Shown: piece by piece, positions 10,450 to 20,619 of the stretch
Position numbering within the stretch: position 1 is the stretch's first letter
How the letters are laid out: every line of letters begins with the position of its first letter
Origin: a virus
DNA length: 64,000 bases
Reading direction: 5' to 3' (one strand)
Virus record (IMG/VR): IMGVR_UViG_3300017960_000013
Position numbers and translations under genes: made by a program
The notes under the pieces: generated by a model
What the model saw: only the letters and a program-made list of their open reading frames with translations
Told to the model about the DNA's origin: nothing
Database searches by the model: none

Positions 10450-11032
10450 TTGCAGTTGAAATCATGTTTTCTGTCAATTTTTTCCCTTTTTCCACAACTG
10501 GGAATTGAACATAATTCCAAAGGCAATCGCAAATTTCTAAATTTACTTGCCGCAAACTTTCTACAAATTGCCGCGTATAAAGACGAAAGAAAACATTGTA
10601 ACTGTTTTTCCCATTCTTCTTTACCACAATCCCAAACAGGTTTTTCAAAAACCCTGCTTTGACTCGAACCAAATCTCCTATGGAGACATCATCTTTGCTT
10701 TTGATTCTCCACTTTGTAGTCCGCTCAAAACGCGAAATTGAAGAATACGCAACTGGAGAAGGATTCTCTACGGAAGGCAAAACAATAGAAACTACAGAAC
10801 TGTTTTTGATTTCATCTGTATGGTTTTGATAATTGGAACACTTGACAAAAAAATAGCTTTCCGATTGAATCTTGAAACAATCATCAGCCATCCGTTCGCC
10901 GGGAAGTATCAAATCGCAAAAATCATCTGCAAACACCCGCCCCATTTCCTTGAACAAAAAAGACTCAAGGTCTTCCAAGCCACGGGTTTTTTGCCCGTCA
11001 AGGAGAAAACAATACCATTGACGTTTAGCCAT
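10403..11032 (-). CDS. NusG-like transcription antitermination factor
   Basis: N-terminal QWYC (NGN-like start) and C-terminal KOW motif IGDLVRVKAGFLKNLFGIV. Confidence 0.75.
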   Translation of the reverse strand: MAKRQWYCFLLDGQKTRGLEDLESFLFKEMGRVFADDFCDLILPGERMADDCFKIQSESYFFVKCSNYQNHTDEIKNSSVVSIVLPSVENPSPVAYSSISRFERTTKWRIKSKDDVSIGDLVRVKAGFLKNLFGIVVKKNGKNSYNVFFRLYTRQFVESLRQVNLEICDCLWNYVQFPVVEKGKKLTENMISTAIDIGDRRKICANKIR

Positions 11033-11470
11033 TTATCTTTTTGTAAATAACGACCAAAAGCATTCCCTCAAATGATATTGAAAGCGTTCCCACCTGCTCT
11101 GTCCTTCGTTGGGTATTTGCTGCAAAAACCAAAGCAGCACTGCAAGCTTTGGATATTTTTTGCCGCAAATCGAAGGGCTTTTTAGTTCATCATGAAACTT
11201 ACGTGTGATTGATTCTTCTATATGTAAGCATTGATATTCAGAACAAGCTTTTGCACTTTCCGCATCATTACAAATTCGCATGGAATGCTTCGTCTTAGAA
11301 AGAATTTTTGGATTGAGACAAAAACCGATAAACCCGTTGCCTTTTACTTTGTACCGCGTATTATATCGACAGTTCCTATAATCGCAAGACAAAAATTCCT
11401 TCTTTTTCTTGCGTAACTCTCGCTCGTACAACTCATCAAACCGTTCCCGAACCTTCTCTTCCGTTTGCAT
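11033..11470 (-). CDS. Cys-rich hypothetical protein
   Basis: Several Cys clusters; likely start MQTEE. Confidence 0.55.
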   Translation of the reverse strand: MQTEEKVRERFDELYERELRKKKKEFLSCDYRNCRYNTRYKVKGNGFIGFCLNPKILSKTKHSMRICNDAESAKACSEYQCLHIEESITRKFHDELKSPSICGKKYPKLAVLLWFLQQIPNEGQSRWERFQYHLRECFWSLFTKR

Positions 11471-12098
11471 TTGCTTTTCTCTCCATACTTTCAAGAAAAC
11501 CATCGACTGCTTTCTTGCTTTTATGGATATCAATAAGTGGCCTCAGTTCTATCATTCTCTCTCTGCTTTCTGCTACTGTCGGCCACCGGCCAAGTTTGTT
11601 TTTCAACTCAAGATAACGGTCAATTGTTTTCTCCATTGAAAGACTCTTGGCGACAATGACCAAATCCGACCAACCTCTAAAATTGAAATATACTTTGTTG
11701 ATGGATGGGAATATTTCAGGATATGCTTTTCTTGCTCTACGGTATTTCTCTGCCGTCCAGACGTTATACTGGATCAAAAGCTGCGCCATGTACTTTGCAT
11801 CTTTAGGGATTGTGTTGAGCAAATTTGGCTTGTAATCTTCTGGATAGGCTATTCGCTTGAAATTTTCCCAGCTTCCGAAAGCCCGTTCAAAATTATGTCT
11901 ATTGGGATCGCCTTGCTCGCGTGCTCTATCTAATTGCCTCATGGATTTTACACCACGAGACGTCGCCCATTCAATAAGCTCATCGTCTGCAAACTTCTTC
12001 CTTGGCTTATTGTATGAACCTTTTTTGAAATCGAGTCTCAATCGCCGTCGCTGCTCTGGCGACATTGCAAAAATCTCGTCGGTGGTCCTCTTCATCAA
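11436..12098 (-). CDS. protein with homing-endonuclease-associated-repeat-like units
   Basis: Repeated F(G/R)(S/G)W helical units (AFGSWENF, NFRGWSDL). Confidence 0.45.
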   Translation of the reverse strand: MMKRTTDEIFAMSPEQRRRLRLDFKKGSYNKPRKKFADDELIEWATSRGVKSMRQLDRAREQGDPNRHNFERAFGSWENFKRIAYPEDYKPNLLNTIPKDAKYMAQLLIQYNVWTAEKYRRARKAYPEIFPSINKVYFNFRGWSDLVIVAKSLSMEKTIDRYLELKNKLGRWPTVAESRERMIELRPLIDIHKSKKAVDGFLESMERKANANGREGSGTV

Positions 12099-12637
12099 AC
12101 ACCGACGTTCGCGACGTCCTCAACCGTTACGGGATTGCGTATAACGTCATCTTCGGGAATTTCCATTGGGTCTTGGGCTTTGTCGTTTTCCATCCAATTG
12201 GGAATTCCGCCAGCAGCCAAAAATTCTGCTTCGTACAATTCGTAATCGGGCCTTTTGATTTGGCGATAATGATTGCCTTCTGGATCAAAGGCTCCTTCGG
12301 GAATCGCGCACATGATGTGAAATACCGCTAAGTTTTTCCGTTTCTGATCCATCTCCTGCCATGTGTCGTTCGCAACTTCTATAATATACGTTTGATCCAT
12401 CCAAATGCTGAAAGGATAACGTACAGCCCTTAAGCTAAGTGGCCTTCTGTTGCTGCTCTTTCCTTTTGTGTGGACGCTTGAAACCTTGCTAACGTCAAAC
12501 CCAGAAAAAAGGTTTGGAAAAGATTCCACCATTTTCTCCATAGCGTCTGTAACATCTGAATTTACAAAACTGTCAGGGTCTTTGGGCATTTCATCCCTCC
12601 TCGGATTCGATGATAAGTTTTTCTTTGTTTCCGCCAC
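12095..12637 (-). CDS. putative phage metallopeptidase-like protein (degenerate active site)
   Basis: YIIEVANDTWQEMDQKRKNLAVFHIMCAI resembles the W...L..HEL.H family but lacks the Glu. Confidence 0.45.
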   Translation of the reverse strand: MAETKKNLSSNPRRDEMPKDPDSFVNSDVTDAMEKMVESFPNLFSGFDVSKVSSVHTKGKSSNRRPLSLRAVRYPFSIWMDQTYIIEVANDTWQEMDQKRKNLAVFHIMCAIPEGAFDPEGNHYRQIKRPDYELYEAEFLAAGGIPNWMENDKAQDPMEIPEDDVIRNPVTVEDVANVGV

Positions 12638-12935
12638 GGTCCAACCGCTCAGGCAGAACGACGTTCAATTTTTCTTCTTGCCCCATTGTGTCAACGAGAC
12701 TCACTAAAATAACATCATAGGGCGGCGTAGCGTCAACTTCAATCTTGACTTGAGCCTCTCCTTCATTTTCTTTCTGCGCATCAATGACAATGCCCCGAAT
12801 CTTATTTCGGATTTCATTTGCGATAGCGGGCATTTCTTCTTGTGAGGGGATTGCTTTCACAACGATGTAATCATCATACTCTTCCCCTTCATGATTTTTG
12901 ATTGTACTATCTGTAACAACTAAAAGCGTCCTCAT
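12591..12935 (-). CDS. hypothetical protein
   Basis: Likely start MRTLLVV after GGAGG. Confidence 0.55.
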   Translation of the reverse strand: MRTLLVVTDSTIKNHEGEEYDDYIVVKAIPSQEEMPAIANEIRNKIRGIVIDAQKENEGEAQVKIEVDATPPYDVILVSLVDTMGQEEKLNVVLPERLDRGGNKEKLIIESEEG

Positions 12936-12949
12936 AATTTCCTCCAGAT

Positions 12950-14122
12950 TTAGACAAGCTCCGGCTTGCCAGAGTCTATCTTGACGAACCTTCCCCATTT
13001 GTAAGGAAATTCGTCACGTTCCAACTCAGTCGTCAAAACCCAAAGCGTAGGAATGCGATAACGAGTGTTGATATTGGGGGCATAGAAGTCTGTGAAATAG
13101 ATTAATGCATCAAACCGACGTTCAGTTGCAACCAAAACTGGTTCAAGATCAGTACCACCTCGCCCATGAACTTCGCCTTTGAACTTACCCTTGAATTCGT
13201 ACACACGACAAATTTTGCAATCAGCCTCATACATAGTTACAATTGCACCATTTTTCCAAATCCATTTGACCTCGTTGAAAAACAACTTCAGCTGATCATC
13301 GCTGATTGACCCTGAAGTGTCAACCGCAACAGCCAGATTCAAAACGTCTTCCTTGCGCGTTCCCGGACGCGTCCCGAAGCGTTTGCTGACCCGTTTCACC
13401 GTGTAGTCCAAGTTGCTTTCCGTTGCGCTTGCTGCAAACGTTCTCAAAACCTTGTTCCAAGGAATGATCGCCTTTTTCTTCCCCAATAGCATATCAACTT
13501 GTGAAATTACTTCTCCGGGAACGTCTCCGTAATCCTGATTGCACAAATCTCTTGCCTTGGAAACGATGTCTTTGCAAAATTCTTGAAGTAGAGGGTCTTG
13601 AGCTGCTGTTTTCCACATTTCGTGGGAACCAACTTCCTCCATCATCCCACCAGCGCCAAAAGCTCCTTGCTTGCATTGCTTTTTGTATTGCTGATTGTCT
13701 TTTAGATGCGTGTAATACCAGAATGCGCCCTTGCCAGATTCAAGATTGTATTTGTCCGGCAAACAGGCTCCCGGCGTCAAGTTTGAATGGTTGATATGAC
13801 TGTTCACAGCAAGGTCGCAAGCGACATTCCCGCGCACGGGGTCGCTAAATTCCATCTTGATATGGTCAAAAATGATATGAAGCGTTTCATGTTCCAAGAC
13901 GCCCTGAAGGAATGTATGGGCTTGCTCTTCGGTCTTCGCAATTTCAAATATATGCTTGATAAATTCTTCATTGACGTAAAGCTTAATCAACAGTTCATTC
14001 TGCTGCTTTCCAACGCCCATCGTTGGAATTCCGTATTTTGCAGCGCCGTAGACTTTGGTGAGCTGTTGTAAGATGTGACCATAGAAAATCTTGTGGCGAA
14101 TGAGATCGACAATCCCCATCAT
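12950..14122 (-). CDS. HEXXH metallopeptidase-like plus VWA domain protein (DUF2201-type)
   Basis: LEHETLHIIFDH, NVACDLAVN, MIDAS VDTSGS, GRGGTDL, YFTD. Confidence 0.9.
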   Translation of the reverse strand: MMGIVDLIRHKIFYGHILQQLTKVYGAAKYGIPTMGVGKQQNELLIKLYVNEEFIKHIFEIAKTEEQAHTFLQGVLEHETLHIIFDHIKMEFSDPVRGNVACDLAVNSHINHSNLTPGACLPDKYNLESGKGAFWYYTHLKDNQQYKKQCKQGAFGAGGMMEEVGSHEMWKTAAQDPLLQEFCKDIVSKARDLCNQDYGDVPGEVISQVDMLLGKKKAIIPWNKVLRTFAASATESNLDYTVKRVSKRFGTRPGTRKEDVLNLAVAVDTSGSISDDQLKLFFNEVKWIWKNGAIVTMYEADCKICRVYEFKGKFKGEVHGRGGTDLEPVLVATERRFDALIYFTDFYAPNINTRYRIPTLWVLTTELERDEFPYKWGRFVKIDSGKPELV

Positions 14123-14163
14123 TACTTCTTTTTGCGAGTTGATGCTTGATTTCTTTACCACTG

Positions 14164-14484
14164 TCATTCTCCCGGTAATATGATATTGCTGCGTCCCTGT
14201 TTTTGTCTGTTGAGTTCTGCGCAGCGTTCTTTGATGACGTGGACTATTCTATCGTCCTCTTCTCTCAAGACCAAAACCCCAAGGTCATCTGGTTCGAGGT
14301 TCATCGCCATGAAAAGACGATGCCCCAGTTTCATGTTTTCTCGGACGAACGATGGAAGCATCTCTGGTTTGTCTTCGCAGAAATACCGGAGAAGATCGAA
14401 GATGTCACAAGCCTCTCGGATTTCGTTATGCTCGAACTTCCGACCATACAATTCTGACCAATCTTCTTCCGATGGGTTTTTCAT
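14164..14484 (-). CDS. hypothetical protein
   Basis: 106 aa, directly downstream of a TATAAT promoter candidate. Confidence 0.6.
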   Translation of the reverse strand: MKNPSEEDWSELYGRKFEHNEIREACDIFDLLRYFCEDKPEMLPSFVRENMKLGHRLFMAMNLEPDDLGVLVLREEDDRIVHVIKERCAELNRQKQGRSNIILPGE

Positions 14485-14504
14485 AACATGCTCCGCGTTT
14501 ACTA

Positions 14505-14514
14505 ATTATACAAT
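14505..14514 (-). promoter_or_regulatory. extended -10 promoter candidate (TTGTATAAT)
   Basis: Minus strand GATTGTATAAT in an intergenic gap; same motif at 17238, 25624, 32106 and 53369. Confidence 0.6.
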
Positions 14515-14590
14515 CGAAGAAGCAAAATTTATCAAAAAAATATGGGCCGCGTCATTTTTTAGACACGACCCATATTTAGAAAAATCCAGC

Positions 14591-14929
14591 TTAAAAAGCT
14601 GAAGTCGATGAAGAGCATGAAAAGCGCAAAATCGGTGGTTCCGCTCCGCAATCACATCTTTCCATTCGCCAACCGTTCCAATCTGATTTTGCAATTTGAC
14701 CCGTATCTCTGCATTTGGGACACTTTGGCGGAGGTAGCGGGTGTCGACAGGTCGGGCGCTCTCGCTCGTCTTTTACGACCCATCCCGAGCCACTGCACGT
14801 CTGGCACATGACCTCTGGACACCTTTCCCCGTTTGGGCCGCAATAGCACATTACCATCCCATTATTCTTCGGGTCGGGGATAGCCCCTTTCCCGTGGCAC
14901 GTTGGACATAATATATTCATGCTTTTCAC
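14591..14929 (-). CDS. DnaJ-type CxxCxGxG zinc-finger-like protein
   Basis: CPTCHGKG, CQTCSGSG, CPKCRDTG. Confidence 0.65.
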   Translation of the reverse strand: MKSMNILCPTCHGKGAIPDPKNNGMVMCYCGPNGERCPEVMCQTCSGSGWVVKDERERPTCRHPLPPPKCPKCRDTGQIAKSDWNGWRMERCDCGAEPPILRFSCSSSTSAF

Positions 14930-16012
14930 CTATCCTTTCGGAAGTCCTTTCAGATAGCCTTCCTTATCCGATGCGACCATGAAATCCTTGACGCCACCCT
15001 TTTCGATAATCTCCTTCAATTGCTCTTCAAAGCAGAAGTACAACCGGATAACGCCTCCGGCTTTGTCCTGCCATCCTTCAAGCCCGAGATCATCAGGAGA
15101 TAAATCTTGCCGTATCTGCGCTCCTGCGCCAACACTGACGTCTTTGCTTTTCTTTGGCGTTGGGGCTTCAGATTGGCCGCTGATACTACTCCGCAAAGCA
15201 TTGCAATTCACTTTTCCGCTTGTCTTCTCTTCAATTTGAGACACATGAAAAACGTTAACACTCTGTGGGGCAATCAATCCTTTGGACAGCTGATCCCCAG
15301 AAAGGCAGATTGTACTGCTATCGTACGTCTGGTGATCCGACGAGTTGCTTGTCGTGTAAACCATTTGCCCGCCATAGCCACTAAACCCCCGCGTGATTCG
15401 TTGCGGTGGCGTTCTTGAAACTTTGGGCTTGTAAAATGCAAAACCAAAAGCTGGTACGGTGTTTTCTTTTCCAATTACCGCACTGGCAATATCTCGCTTG
15501 TCTTCATCGGTGAAAAAGAATTGCCGTACCGTTCCATCCGGTTGCCTGAATCCATCCCACCAAAGCGTATTGGGATGACAAACGTAATTTTGCGGTGGCC
15601 AAGAGTAGTTGCATTCCTCACAAAAATAGCCATGCGAAAAAGGCTTGTCATGAACAGGACACTTGTCAGCATACTGCTCCAACCCCAAACCTTCAAGCTT
15701 GCGTCCGGTGATAGGATTCATTCCTTTGACGCTGGGAACAATTGTCGTGTTCATTGCATCATTCATCGTCCAATCAAACCACAATCCCCATCCGACATCA
15801 ATAGGACAAACATACGCCCCTGCTTCGCGTACCCAAGAATCCGGTGCGCCGGGCAATGCGGCAATTGGGAAAACGGGAATGGGTTGACCGGGAGGGAGAC
15901 CGTGAACCTGTTCACCTTCAAGACGCTCTGCCTTCATCAATCTTGCCTTGAAGCTGGCATGTTCCATTTCATGAACATAACCACCTTTGGCAAGTTCTTT
16001 TACGTAATCCAT
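14930..16012 (-). CDS. hypothetical protein
   Basis: 360 aa, AAAGGA RBS, internal Cys/His cluster. Confidence 0.7.
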   Translation of the reverse strand: MDYVKELAKGGYVHEMEHASFKARLMKAERLEGEQVHGLPPGQPIPVFPIAALPGAPDSWVREAGAYVCPIDVGWGLWFDWTMNDAMNTTIVPSVKGMNPITGRKLEGLGLEQYADKCPVHDKPFSHGYFCEECNYSWPPQNYVCHPNTLWWDGFRQPDGTVRQFFFTDEDKRDIASAVIGKENTVPAFGFAFYKPKVSRTPPQRITRGFSGYGGQMVYTTSNSSDHQTYDSSTICLSGDQLSKGLIAPQSVNVFHVSQIEEKTSGKVNCNALRSSISGQSEAPTPKKSKDVSVGAGAQIRQDLSPDDLGLEGWQDKAGGVIRLYFCFEEQLKEIIEKGGVKDFMVASDKEGYLKGLPKG

Positions 16013-16038
16013 TTTTATATCCTTTCAGAAAGTGCTCA

Positions 16039-16064
16039 GCCCGTGGGAGTTTCCTCCCACGGGC
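16039..16064 (-). other. perfect 11-bp hairpin with GAAA tetraloop (RNA stability, processing or termination element)
   Basis: GCCCGTGGGAG-GAAA-CTCCCACGGGC on the minus strand, intergenic, with no clear U tract. Confidence 0.6.
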
Positions 16065-16078
16065 CAAACATTTATGAT

Positions 16079-17140
16079 TTAGAAACGCTGTTTCTGGTTC
16101 GGGTTCATCGGGTCCGCATATTGACGCCCTGATGTATCCGACATTCTCACTTTCAGATTTGGCAGAGAGTCAACTTCCTTCCGCTCATCAAAGACGAGCG
16201 CCACATGAGGATAGTTCAACCGCAAACCTTCCAAACCGCCTTGAACAGCAAGACCAATGAATTGGCGAATATCAGGAGTCCTGCTTGTGATCTCCTCCAA
16301 TTCAAGAGCAATGCGGGCAAACTGCATACATTCGTAATCAATTCCTTCCCAGACCTGCTTTGACTTGTCACAGAATCCATCCACAAGCAATGTATCTTTG
16401 TGGAAAGGACAGTGAAAATAAAACATCGCAGGAAATTCGCCAGCACGATAAAGCCGCTTCAAACTGTCGGCGACTTTGTAATTGACAGGCATTGTACGGC
16501 CACGGCGAGCTTCCCGCAACATTCTGAGCGTCGTTTCAACGTCCACAACGGCATCTTCTCTGTTGTTGAAAACAACAAAAGGACGATCATTGCTTCGCCT
16601 TTTAAGCTCGTCAATGATTGAGACCTCACATTCAGGACCGTAAGCTTCAACAAGTTCCTTGTCCTTCATTTGTCCCGGCGTACGGAGCGTTTCCTTCAAG
16701 CCCTGACTGAACTTTTCAAAGCCGCTGCTCAATTCCTTATAAGCAACGTCTGTCGTGGGCGCGGTTCTTTCTGTAAGGATAGCCCAGACACGTCTGAATC
16801 GAACCGCAGGCAGATATGGAGAGCCGCCAGTTTCGCAGAAAACACGTCTCGCTTCTCCCTCTGGACAATCAACCATTAACAACTCATGCGATTCAGCATC
16901 CCTGTAAACTCCAAGCAGGCCAAGTTTGTCCCAGATGTGCTTTGCGGCAAGTTTCTTCCGCTCTTCATCTGAGGCTTTGATAATAAAATTGGGAATGCCC
17001 AAAACGATATGAGCTGCTTCGTTGACTTTTGATTCAAGTTTTTCAACAGTAAATTTATTCGCAGACATGATTTGTTCCTTTCGCTCACTTGCAACCTTGT
17101 TATCGGTCGCGGATTCGTTAGCTTTTGTATCTGTCAACAT
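16079..17140 (-). CDS. hypothetical protein
   Basis: 353 aa; alternative start MSANK at 17068 behind AAGGA. Confidence 0.7.
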   Translation of the reverse strand: MLTDTKANESATDNKVASERKEQIMSANKFTVEKLESKVNEAAHIVLGIPNFIIKASDEERKKLAAKHIWDKLGLLGVYRDAESHELLMVDCPEGEARRVFCETGGSPYLPAVRFRRVWAILTERTAPTTDVAYKELSSGFEKFSQGLKETLRTPGQMKDKELVEAYGPECEVSIIDELKRRSNDRPFVVFNNREDAVVDVETTLRMLREARRGRTMPVNYKVADSLKRLYRAGEFPAMFYFHCPFHKDTLLVDGFCDKSKQVWEGIDYECMQFARIALELEEITSRTPDIRQFIGLAVQGGLEGLRLNYPHVALVFDERKEVDSLPNLKVRMSDTSGRQYADPMNPNQKQRF

Positions 17141-17237
17141 TGACGAATGCGTTTGCTAACAAAACTCGTGTCACCTGTAAGGCCAGTGACGCACCACTTC
17201 AATTCATAGGCGACTCCTTTCTTGCCCCACTCGTCCT

Positions 17238-17265
17238 ATTATACAACCCAGAGATATTTTTTCAA
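17238..17265 (-). promoter_or_regulatory. sigma70-type promoter
   Basis: TTGAAA-N16-TATAAT, with TG immediately upstream of the -10, in an intergenic gap. Confidence 0.7.
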
Positions 17266-17288
17266 CACTTTTTTGAAAAAAGTTTCTC

Positions 17289-18539
17289 TCAAGCCTTTGA
17301 TGAGTCGTAATCGTAGATCAGATTTCCATTCGCATCTGCGTCTGGTCTTGGTTTTAAGATTCCTTCGTACATATAGTAAGGGCTTTGTCCTGCATTTGGA
17401 TTATTCCACAACCAACGCATATAATCCTTGCAAGTATGATTCACAAATGATGCTGCTTTTTCCGCCGAGCCGCGATTCATTCCAATATTCAAACGCCAAA
17501 GGAACGTATCTGCATAAGCCAAGTGAGGATCAATATCATCCCACGTAACATAGCCACGTTTCTTTGCAATCATCAACGCTTCGCACCATTGTCCTTTGGA
17601 ATAACTTCCGGGCCAATCAGCAGGCAGTCCACAACAAGAACCATTATCGCAACGCTCTTTGAAATGAGCATCACTTACATAAAAGCGCATTCCTGCTTCG
17701 CGTGCCGCCTTTTGCATTTCATCGACATAAGGTCGCTTTGTGTTTCTGTTCAAACGCATATAGCCCTGATTGTATGAATTCTTTACATAGTATTTCCAAA
17801 CATCAAAGCCAGCGCACTCACTCATTATTTTTAGACGTTCGCGCAAAATCATTGAACGCCTTTCACAACAAAAAAATTCTGTAGACACGGCCCCAGCGCC
17901 ACGTTTGCCAGATTCTTTGATAAGTTCAATATGACCATTGTTGTGATTCGTAATCCCAATAATGAAAGGTCGCAATCGCAAAGTCGCGCCACCGCAATTC
18001 AAAGCAGTAATCTTTTCAAGGGCTTTAAGTCTTTCTTTTGTCGTAGGAACTCCCGGCTCAATTTTCTTTACAAAATCTTCATTTGTCATGATGATGCTGA
18101 CTTTTACGTTCCAATTCTTTTGACCTTTGAATAGTTCCGTATAGCGAGGATCATCGAGCCACCAAACGCCCTTTGTGCTAAGGCACAATGGATAGTTTAT
18201 TGCCTTGAAAAACCGTAACAACTCTAATCCAACGCCATACTTCTTTTCAAAATTACAAAACGGATCAGACAACGAACCCCATTGCATTGTCTTACCCATT
18301 CTAATAAATGGCCCAAATTGAGATTTTTCTGGATCGCAGAAATGTTTAACTACGCTTTCAATCTTAACAGGCTTGACCCTTTTTGCTAAGTAATTTTCTT
18401 TCCCGTCTCCAACGGCTCGCTGAAACGTACTGAAGCAATATAAACAGCCATATGAACAATTTGAATATTGATCAAACGTCATCGGCATCGAGCAATCGGC
18501 AATTTCTGACGTCCACCTTGGTGCTTGATAATAATCCAT
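17289..18539 (-). CDS. radical SAM protein (spore-photoproduct-lyase-like family)
   Basis: CSYGCLYC CxxxCxxC motif, GSLSDPF, STKG. Confidence 0.85.
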   Translation of the reverse strand: MDYYQAPRWTSEIADCSMPMTFDQYSNCSYGCLYCFSTFQRAVGDGKENYLAKRVKPVKIESVVKHFCDPEKSQFGPFIRMGKTMQWGSLSDPFCNFEKKYGVGLELLRFFKAINYPLCLSTKGVWWLDDPRYTELFKGQKNWNVKVSIIMTNEDFVKKIEPGVPTTKERLKALEKITALNCGGATLRLRPFIIGITNHNNGHIELIKESGKRGAGAVSTEFFCCERRSMILRERLKIMSECAGFDVWKYYVKNSYNQGYMRLNRNTKRPYVDEMQKAAREAGMRFYVSDAHFKERCDNGSCCGLPADWPGSYSKGQWCEALMIAKKRGYVTWDDIDPHLAYADTFLWRLNIGMNRGSAEKAASFVNHTCKDYMRWLWNNPNAGQSPYYMYEGILKPRPDADANGNLIYDYDSSKA

Positions 18540-18548
18540 AACGCGTCC

Positions 18549-19157
18549 TTATAGCACTTGCCAAATATTCTTGAAACCTTCTGCTAACACCGCCCCACAC
18601 ATTGCTCCTCTTACACGCGCAAGCCCAAAAATCGCTTCTGCGCGACAGTACAATTTGTTTGCTTGCGTATGATAATGTTTTATGGCTTTTACTTTCCTTT
18701 CAACATCTTCCTTCTCTACCTCAACAAACACATCCGCTGCAAAAGAGAAATTACTTCTCAAAATTTCATAACCCCAAAGCGTTGTCCCTTTGAAAGCACG
18801 CTTTGCTTCTTCCAAACTTACTTGATGGTCTTGATGTAAGTCGTCTGGCGCTGGCGTAAAAACGACATCTAAATCCAATGTATCACGAGCACGTTCAAAC
18901 GTGCGCAAGATACCAGCTCTTGACGACCAAAGATCGCGATGAGGAAAATTCAAAAGCTTTATATTCTCTTCCAAACCAAGTTCTTTTGCAGCCGCTTGAA
19001 CTTCTGGTTCAATATCAAATTCGCTCCGATCAGTCAATGTTAATATTGATACCTTACAGCCATTCCGTATTAATTTGGAAATAGTTGCCCCGCAACCTAA
19101 TTCTGCATCGTCAGGATGGGGCGCAATGACTAAAACAGAATTCATTGGTTGGACCAT
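18549..19157 (-). CDS. PIG-L/LmbE family N-deacetylase
   Basis: APHPDDAELGCG and HQDHQ motifs. Confidence 0.9.
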   Translation of the reverse strand: MVQPMNSVLVIAPHPDDAELGCGATISKLIRNGCKVSILTLTDRSEFDIEPEVQAAAKELGLEENIKLLNFPHRDLWSSRAGILRTFERARDTLDLDVVFTPAPDDLHQDHQVSLEEAKRAFKGTTLWGYEILRSNFSFAADVFVEVEKEDVERKVKAIKHYHTQANKLYCRAEAIFGLARVRGAMCGAVLAEGFKNIWQVL

Positions 19158-19912
19158 TCTTTCGGCACCCTCATCGTAAATTCATATGGAGAACTTGCGC
19201 GATTTCTTTTTGGGATAAGAAGACCTTTCCATTTATTCATCATGTAATTATACACTTCTTCTTCCAATCCGGATTTCTTCCACGTATCCATACAACCGCC
19301 TGCTGCCTTGCGATAGGTGTAGTCAGACCAAAGATAATCTAAACGTAAAACCCGACGTCCGCTGACTGCACATTGAAGCGTATAATCATAATCCTGTTTT
19401 ACCCTGCATTTTTCATCAAACATCAATTCGCAACGCTTGATAATCATGCAATGACCTTCAACAAACGTGTTAATCGAATGCGGACGCTCTGGACGATAGT
19501 AAAATTCATTGGCCGTTGGAGATTCTCCAATGAGATAAAATCCACTTTTCTCTGCAAGATCAATAGCGTTAAACCATTCGTTCATGTGTTGCTTTGACGA
19601 CCATTTGACCTTTTTCTTTTTGTCACCATCTGCTGTAAAATATCCAACGACCTTTATATCGTCATCAAGTTGGATTACCCAATCACCCATACTTATCTTT
19701 CGCATGATAATATTTCTGATTGGCGTAAGCCCGCCATCTTCAGTATGAGTCTCAATTTTTGCATTTGGTAAATGCTTTTTGTATTCCTCCAATTCGCGTT
19801 CATGAACAAATACCGTTGCGTCTGGGAACAAATTCCAAGTTGTCCCAGCTTCCGCTCGTTCTTTAGATGGGATTACAATAGAAACTTTCTTCCCGCTTTT
19901 TGTTTCATACAT
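19142..19912 (-). CDS. GT-A fold glycosyltransferase (GREB1/TET-associated-like)
   Basis: IVIPSKER, QLDDDIK (DxD-like), KQDYDYTLQ, AAGGC. Confidence 0.75.
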   Translation of the reverse strand: MYETKSGKKVSIVIPSKERAEAGTTWNLFPDATVFVHERELEEYKKHLPNAKIETHTEDGGLTPIRNIIMRKISMGDWVIQLDDDIKVVGYFTADGDKKKKVKWSSKQHMNEWFNAIDLAEKSGFYLIGESPTANEFYYRPERPHSINTFVEGHCMIIKRCELMFDEKCRVKQDYDYTLQCAVSGRRVLRLDYLWSDYTYRKAAGGCMDTWKKSGLEEEVYNYMMNKWKGLLIPKRNRASSPYEFTMRVPKEWSNQ

Positions 19913-19915
19913 GGA

Positions 19916-20608
19916 TCACCTGTTAACTTCGTCAACATCTGAAGGAACATAGACGACCTTATCGCCTTTGATACCCAACCGCTTCATCCAAAAGCTTTTC
20001 TCTTCATCAGTTGTGTAGGTAAGCAAAAAACGTCCTGCTCTGTCGTCAACGCCTTGAATATCAAGTTTAGGTGGGCCTTGTACTTTTTCATCGTCGGACG
20101 ATCCAGAAGAGTCTCCTGACAATTCTGTAGTTGGAATTTGAGATATTTCGCCCGAATCAATTTGAGGCATTTCCAATTGGATTTCGTCAAACCCGAGATT
20201 TTCAGAAATGACCGGCATATCAACTTTGATAGACTTCAATATAGCATCAAGCTTTGTTCTATCCCACGACCCAGCGGCTTTGTCGTTGTTTAAGCTTACG
20301 TTCAAAGCTTTTTCTTTAGCCGAGTTTGGTTCAACCTCAACCCATGTGATGTCGTCAGGATGAATCCAGTCCTGACCCAAATTTTTAAGAGCCTTTATGC
20401 GTTGGTGCCCGCCAATAATACGATTCCCTTGTCTGTTCACGGTGATCGTTGACGTCAATCGAAAGCCCTCACCACGTTCATCTTCTGGAATGGTATCAGT
20501 GTGTTCCTTGATTGAAGCTTTTAAGTTTTCCAGTTCTTCACTCCCAATTATCCTTGGGTTGTAATCAACAACGTTGAGTGATGTCAAGCCAATCTTTTTT
20601 GTGCTCAT
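19916..20608 (-). CDS. ParB/Srx N-terminal domain protein
   Basis: YNPRII, IIGGHQRIKAL, LNVSLNN. Confidence 0.85.
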   Translation of the reverse strand: MSTKKIGLTSLNVVDYNPRIIGSEELENLKASIKEHTDTIPEDERGEGFRLTSTITVNRQGNRIIGGHQRIKALKNLGQDWIHPDDITWVEVEPNSAKEKALNVSLNNDKAAGSWDRTKLDAILKSIKVDMPVISENLGFDEIQLEMPQIDSGEISQIPTTELSGDSSGSSDDEKVQGPPKLDIQGVDDRAGRFLLTYTTDEEKSFWMKRLGIKGDKVVYVPSDVDEVNR

Positions 20609-20619
20609 AATTTCCTCCG

